64,000 nucleotides of DNA from the NCBI GenBank assembly GCA_963764165.1, contig CAVXRD010000002.1, forward strand, positions 160,001-224,000. Direction: 5' to 3'. The notes under the pieces were generated by a model. That model was not told the origin of the DNA. It did no database searches and was given only the letters and a program-made list of their open reading frames with translations. Numbering within the stretch: position 1 is the stretch's first letter; every line of letters starts with the position of its first letter. Source of the DNA: an uncultured Verrucomicrobiae bacterium (GTDB taxonomy: Bacteria > Verrucomicrobiota > Verrucomicrobiia > Limisphaerales > Palsa-1400). This document shows positions 60,784 through 64,000 of the stretch, piece after piece. Made by a program: the position numbers and the translations under genes.

Positions 60784-62466
60784 GAGACTGTCTCAAAACG
60801 TTTTAGTCTGGCCGATCTGGTTATATGGGCACCAATAGGGGCTGTGGAAACGGGTGTCAACTTTTAGTTGTCAGAGCGTGGCTGGCGTCAGCGATGACGC
60901 CAAGCTTCCCTTTCCCTCCTTTTTTAGGCCGCCATCGCCAAATTTCCTTCAACCGCGGCGGTTTTGACTTCCATTTTCGGCGTCTGGACCCGGGCCTGCC
61001 ACTTTTTATAGAGGATTCGCAGGTTCAAGGTGGCGCATAACAAGGCCCATTGGGCTTGCACGGCTTCCAGACCCCAAACTGTCCAACGCCGAAAGCCGTC
61101 GTGTTGCTTGAGCTGCCCAAACCGGCGTTCGATGATCTCTTTGCGCTTTCCATAAAGCGCGGCGGGTCCTGGCTCTTGCAGCCGGGCCCGCATGGCTTGC
61201 ACCAGCGTGGTGTGCGGCCACACTTCGACTTGCCGCCCTTTGGGATCGCGGCTGCAGAGGGCGCGCACGGGACAGTCTCGGTGATGGCAGCGGAAGCGCT
61301 CAACGGTCTGGCCTTTCTTGGTGGTCTGGCCTTCGTGGTCCAGAAGGCGCTCTTGCGGGCAGGTGACGGTGTGGGCCGCCTCGTCATAATGAAAATGCTG
61401 CGTCGCGTAGGCGTTGTCGTGGGCTGGCTTGCCCTCCGCCGGCGGGGCCAGCACATTCATCTGCTGTTCCACGGCCGCTTTCAAGTCGGCCCCGCCCCCA
61501 TAGCCGGCGTCGGCGGCGGTGAGGGTTGGAATGGCCGCCGGACCGAGGTTTTGCCTCGCTTCTTCAATCATGGGGACCAGCTGGCCGGCGTCGGTTTCCT
61601 GGCGGGTGGCTTGACAGGCGACCATGATGCCCTCCTGGCTGTCGGCCACCGCCTGGGCGTTGTAGGCAAAGCGGTTGGTGTCGCCGACTTTCATCCGGCG
61701 CGCCTCCGGTTCGGCTGGATGGTAATGGTGGCGCCCGTCGGCCTGCAGCTGGGCCAGGCCTTTTTTGATTTCCTCGCGCAGGGCCTGGCGCTGGGCCAAC
61801 CCGGCGGGCAGCCGGCAGCCCGGTGCGCTGGAATCCTGGTTCTCCGCCACGACTTTGAGCTCGATTTCCTCCAAGGCGCCATCCAGCTGGGCCAGGAGCT
61901 TCTCCATGTAAACCTTGCTCCAGCCCTGCGGCCCGCTGCAGGCGGCTTGAATCTTGGTGCCGTCCAACGCTTGCAAGGCAAATCCCACCGCCCCGGTGCG
62001 GAGGGCCAGCTGCACGGTTTGCTTGAAAACCTGGCGCAGGGCCTTTTTGTTTCCGTCCCAGAACCGCCAGAGGCTGTTGTGGTCGGGGGCGTTGAGCCCC
62101 GTCAGCCACAGCAGCGAGACATGCTCCGTGCAGGCGGTTTCCAGCTTGCGGGTGGAGCGAATGCGGTGGAAATAACCGTAAAGCCAAATCTTGAGCAGGA
62201 GGCTGGGGGCATAGGGCGGACGGCCTTCGGCGGCGGCGGGAATGACAAACCCAAGCTGGGGCAGATCCAACTGGTCGACAAATTCGCGCAGGAAGCGGGC
62301 GGGATGGTCGGCGGACACCCAGTCCTCCAGGGCGGGCGGGAGGAGGAACTGCTGTCCGTAATCAGGGGCAATCGGTTGAGCCATATTTGTTGAACGGCAT
62401 TGTCAACTAAAGGCTCACATATTGTCAAATACATTCCTCAAAAAACAGAAGTTTTGAGACAATCTC
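60784..62466 (-). mobile_element. IS1182-family insertion sequence, copy 2 (1683 bp)
   Basis: IRs GAGACTGTCTCAAAAC / GTTTTGAGACAATCTC (15/16 match). Confidence 0.93.
60924..62384 (-). CDS. IS1182 family DDE transposase (same protein as 34529-35989)
   Basis: Identical 486-aa translation in the ORF track. Confidence 0.93.
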   Translation of the reverse strand: MAQPIAPDYGQQFLLPPALEDWVSADHPARFLREFVDQLDLPQLGFVIPAAAEGRPPYAPSLLLKIWLYGYFHRIRSTRKLETACTEHVSLLWLTGLNAPDHNSLWRFWDGNKKALRQVFKQTVQLALRTGAVGFALQALDGTKIQAACSGPQGWSKVYMEKLLAQLDGALEEIELKVVAENQDSSAPGCRLPAGLAQRQALREEIKKGLAQLQADGRHHYHPAEPEARRMKVGDTNRFAYNAQAVADSQEGIMVACQATRQETDAGQLVPMIEEARQNLGPAAIPTLTAADAGYGGGADLKAAVEQQMNVLAPPAEGKPAHDNAYATQHFHYDEAAHTVTCPQERLLDHEGQTTKKGQTVERFRCHHRDCPVRALCSRDPKGRQVEVWPHTTLVQAMRARLQEPGPAALYGKRKEIIERRFGQLKQHDGFRRWTVWGLEAVQAQWALLCATLNLRILYKKWQARVQTPKMEVKTAAVEGNLAMAA

Positions 62467-62609
62467 TGCGAGGCGTCCCTACCAATCAACGAGCTGGGCG
62501 CTCGTTGATTTTCAATGGATTACGAGAATTAAGATGCGTCTGCCCTGTACCGGGCCATTGTCCCCTTTGCTCACTTCCTTTCCCTCTGTTAAACCGGCAC
62601 GGATTGTTC

Positions 62610-62693
62610 GGCCGCAGATTCACGCAGATGAACGCAGATTTGCTGATGATGCGCCGCTTTCTTCATCTGGTTCATCTGTGCCCATCTGTGGCC
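62610..62693. repeat. CACAGAT/CGCAGAT-type inverted repeat pair
   Basis: GGCCGCAGATTCACGCAGATGAACGCAGAT ... ATCTGGTTCATCTGTGCCCATCTGTGGCC. Confidence 0.7.
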
Positions 62694-62841
62694 AAATCCG
62701 GCAGTGAACTTCGCCGGGAGCTTCGTTTGAGCTTGATTTGGCGCGCGGGATTTGGGATTTATCAAGCGTCTGAAACCACGCTCAGACGAAACCAAACGAC
62801 CGCGTCTCATTCTAAATTGGAAGCAATTGAAAGGCCCAGCT

Positions 62842-63762
62842 ATGAAGACAAGAGATCCAGGCGCAATCCCCGCCCGTGGCATGCCCAGCGGAGCCTTCAC
62901 ACTGATCGAATTGCTGGTGGTTGTCGCGATCATCGCCATCCTGGCGGCGCTGCTGCTGCCGGCCTTGAGCAAATCCAAATCCACCGCCCAGGGGATTGTG
63001 TGCATGAGCAATTTGCGTCAATTAACGATGGGCTGGGTTCAGTATGACCACGACAACAAGGACGTGGTTCCGTGGTCCGACCCGGTAAATCCTCAGGTTC
63101 CGGGTCCCACAGACGGTTACGCCTGGGTGGCGGGGTGGCTCGATTACACTGCCGCCAACACCTGCAATTGGGACATTACTGTCAATATTATGAAGAGTCC
63201 GTTATGGCCGTATAGCGGCAAGTCCGCCGGGATCTGGAGATGCCCGGGGGATACTTCGACGGTGGTGCCTTCGTCCGGCCCCTACATGGGGCAACGAGCG
63301 CCGCGGGTGCGGAGCTTCACAATGTCAGTGTGGTTTGGGGGCTTTGGCGGGACGCTGGATCCGCCTGGCGGCGGGCCGGGGGTGGAAAACCCGCCCTGGC
63401 GGCTTTACCACAAGCTGGCCGACTTGGTTGCTCCAGGCCCCTCCCAGACCGTGTTGCTTTGGGACGAGCGGGAGGACACGATCAACAGCGGGAATTTCTA
63501 TATTGACATGAGTGGTTTCCCAGACAGCCCAAATCAGACGCAGTTCAACTGGGATTTTCCCGCCAGTTATCATGCCGGCGCGGGCGGCCTTTCTTTCGCG
63601 GATGGACACGCGGAAATCAAACGCTGGCTCGACTACCGAACCACCCCTCCCCTGCATAGCGGCGACATGACGGGAGCGGGCATGACGGACGTGATCCCAT
63701 CCCCGCGCAATCCAGACATTATCTGGCTGCAGAATCGGGCCACGCGCCTCATAGAACCGTGA
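62842..63762 (+). CDS. Prepilin-type N-terminal cleavage/methylation protein with H-X9-DG motif
   Basis: [50 protein letters not shown]. Confidence 0.92.
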   Translation: MKTRDPGAIPARGMPSGAFTLIELLVVVAIIAILAALLLPALSKSKSTAQGIVCMSNLRQLTMGWVQYDHDNKDVVPWSDPVNPQVPGPTDGYAWVAGWLDYTAANTCNWDITVNIMKSPLWPYSGKSAGIWRCPGDTSTVVPSSGPYMGQRAPRVRSFTMSVWFGGFGGTLDPPGGGPGVENPPWRLYHKLADLVAPGPSQTVLLWDEREDTINSGNFYIDMSGFPDSPNQTQFNWDFPASYHAGAGGLSFADGHAEIKRWLDYRTTPPLHSGDMTGAGMTDVIPSPRNPDIIWLQNRATRLIEP

Positions 63763-63784
63763 GTGTGGTCCGCCGGTTTGATTA

Positions 63785-63921
63785 GCCGCAGATGGACGCG
63801 GATCAACGCAGATAAGAAAGGGCCGGAACGAATTCAGTCACGCATAGAATTGTGAAGACGCAGTGGTTTTGAACGAACAGTTTCCCAGAAAATCTGCCTT
63901 GATCTGCGTTCATCTGAGGCC
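63785..63921. repeat. CGCAGAT-type inverted repeat pair
   Basis: GCCGCAGATGGACGCGGATCAACGCAGAT ... ATCTGCCTTGATCTGCGTTCATCTGAGGC. Confidence 0.7.
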
Positions 63922-64000
63922 AATTTCCCAGGCCCTCGGTGCCATCGCCTGCCCTTCTGTCATGTAAACCCTTATTGACGAAACAAGTCTTGATGATACG

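Larger units (their letters stand above)
60669..62547. mobile_element. MITE with ISAs1-like ends carrying a REP doublet that is interrupted by IS1182
   Basis: Perfect 22-bp TIR CAGGGCAGACGCATCTTAATTC (60669-60690 / 62526-62547), flanked by 10-bp direct repeat TACCGGGCCA. Confidence 0.88.

Noticed and set aside
34389..62466. Composite transposon bounded by the two direct IS1182 copies
   Set aside because: Each copy has both halves of its own REP target and its own duplication, and the intervening DNA holds core genes such as nrdJ. Independent insertions explain it better.

Overview
GC-rich bacterial chromosome segment, most consistent with Verrucomicrobiota (Pedosphaera/Limisphaera-like), judged from the prepilin/H-X9-DG protein, TIGR02999-like ECF sigma factor, propeller sensor kinase and repeat-rich intergenic DNA. 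This assignment is inference. Core genes include ruvB, murJ, an M3 oligopeptidase, smc, dprA, a U32/RlhA-like gene and nrdJ. There is a small sigma-28 flagellar cluster (flgM-like, fliS, flgN-like, a lipoprotein), two HDOD proteins, a purine-catabolism pair (Zn amidohydrolase and a fused XdhAB), a GH44 glucanase, a LysR-UrtA fusion, a vapBC-like pair and a porin-cupredoxin-kinase operon. The main structural observations are: (1) two near-identical IS1182 copies, each inserted in the loop of the same REP hairpin; (2) one of these sits inside a ~190-bp ISAs1-type MITE with 22-bp TIRs and a 10-bp TSD; (3) a ~300-bp non-coding module plus an NrdR-type box is shared upstream of smc and nrdJ; (4) an iteron-like CCGCTACA array; (5) a LysR regulator fused to a signal-less urea-binding domain. 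No rRNA, tRNA or CRISPR array was recognised. All calls are by eye, without database searches.
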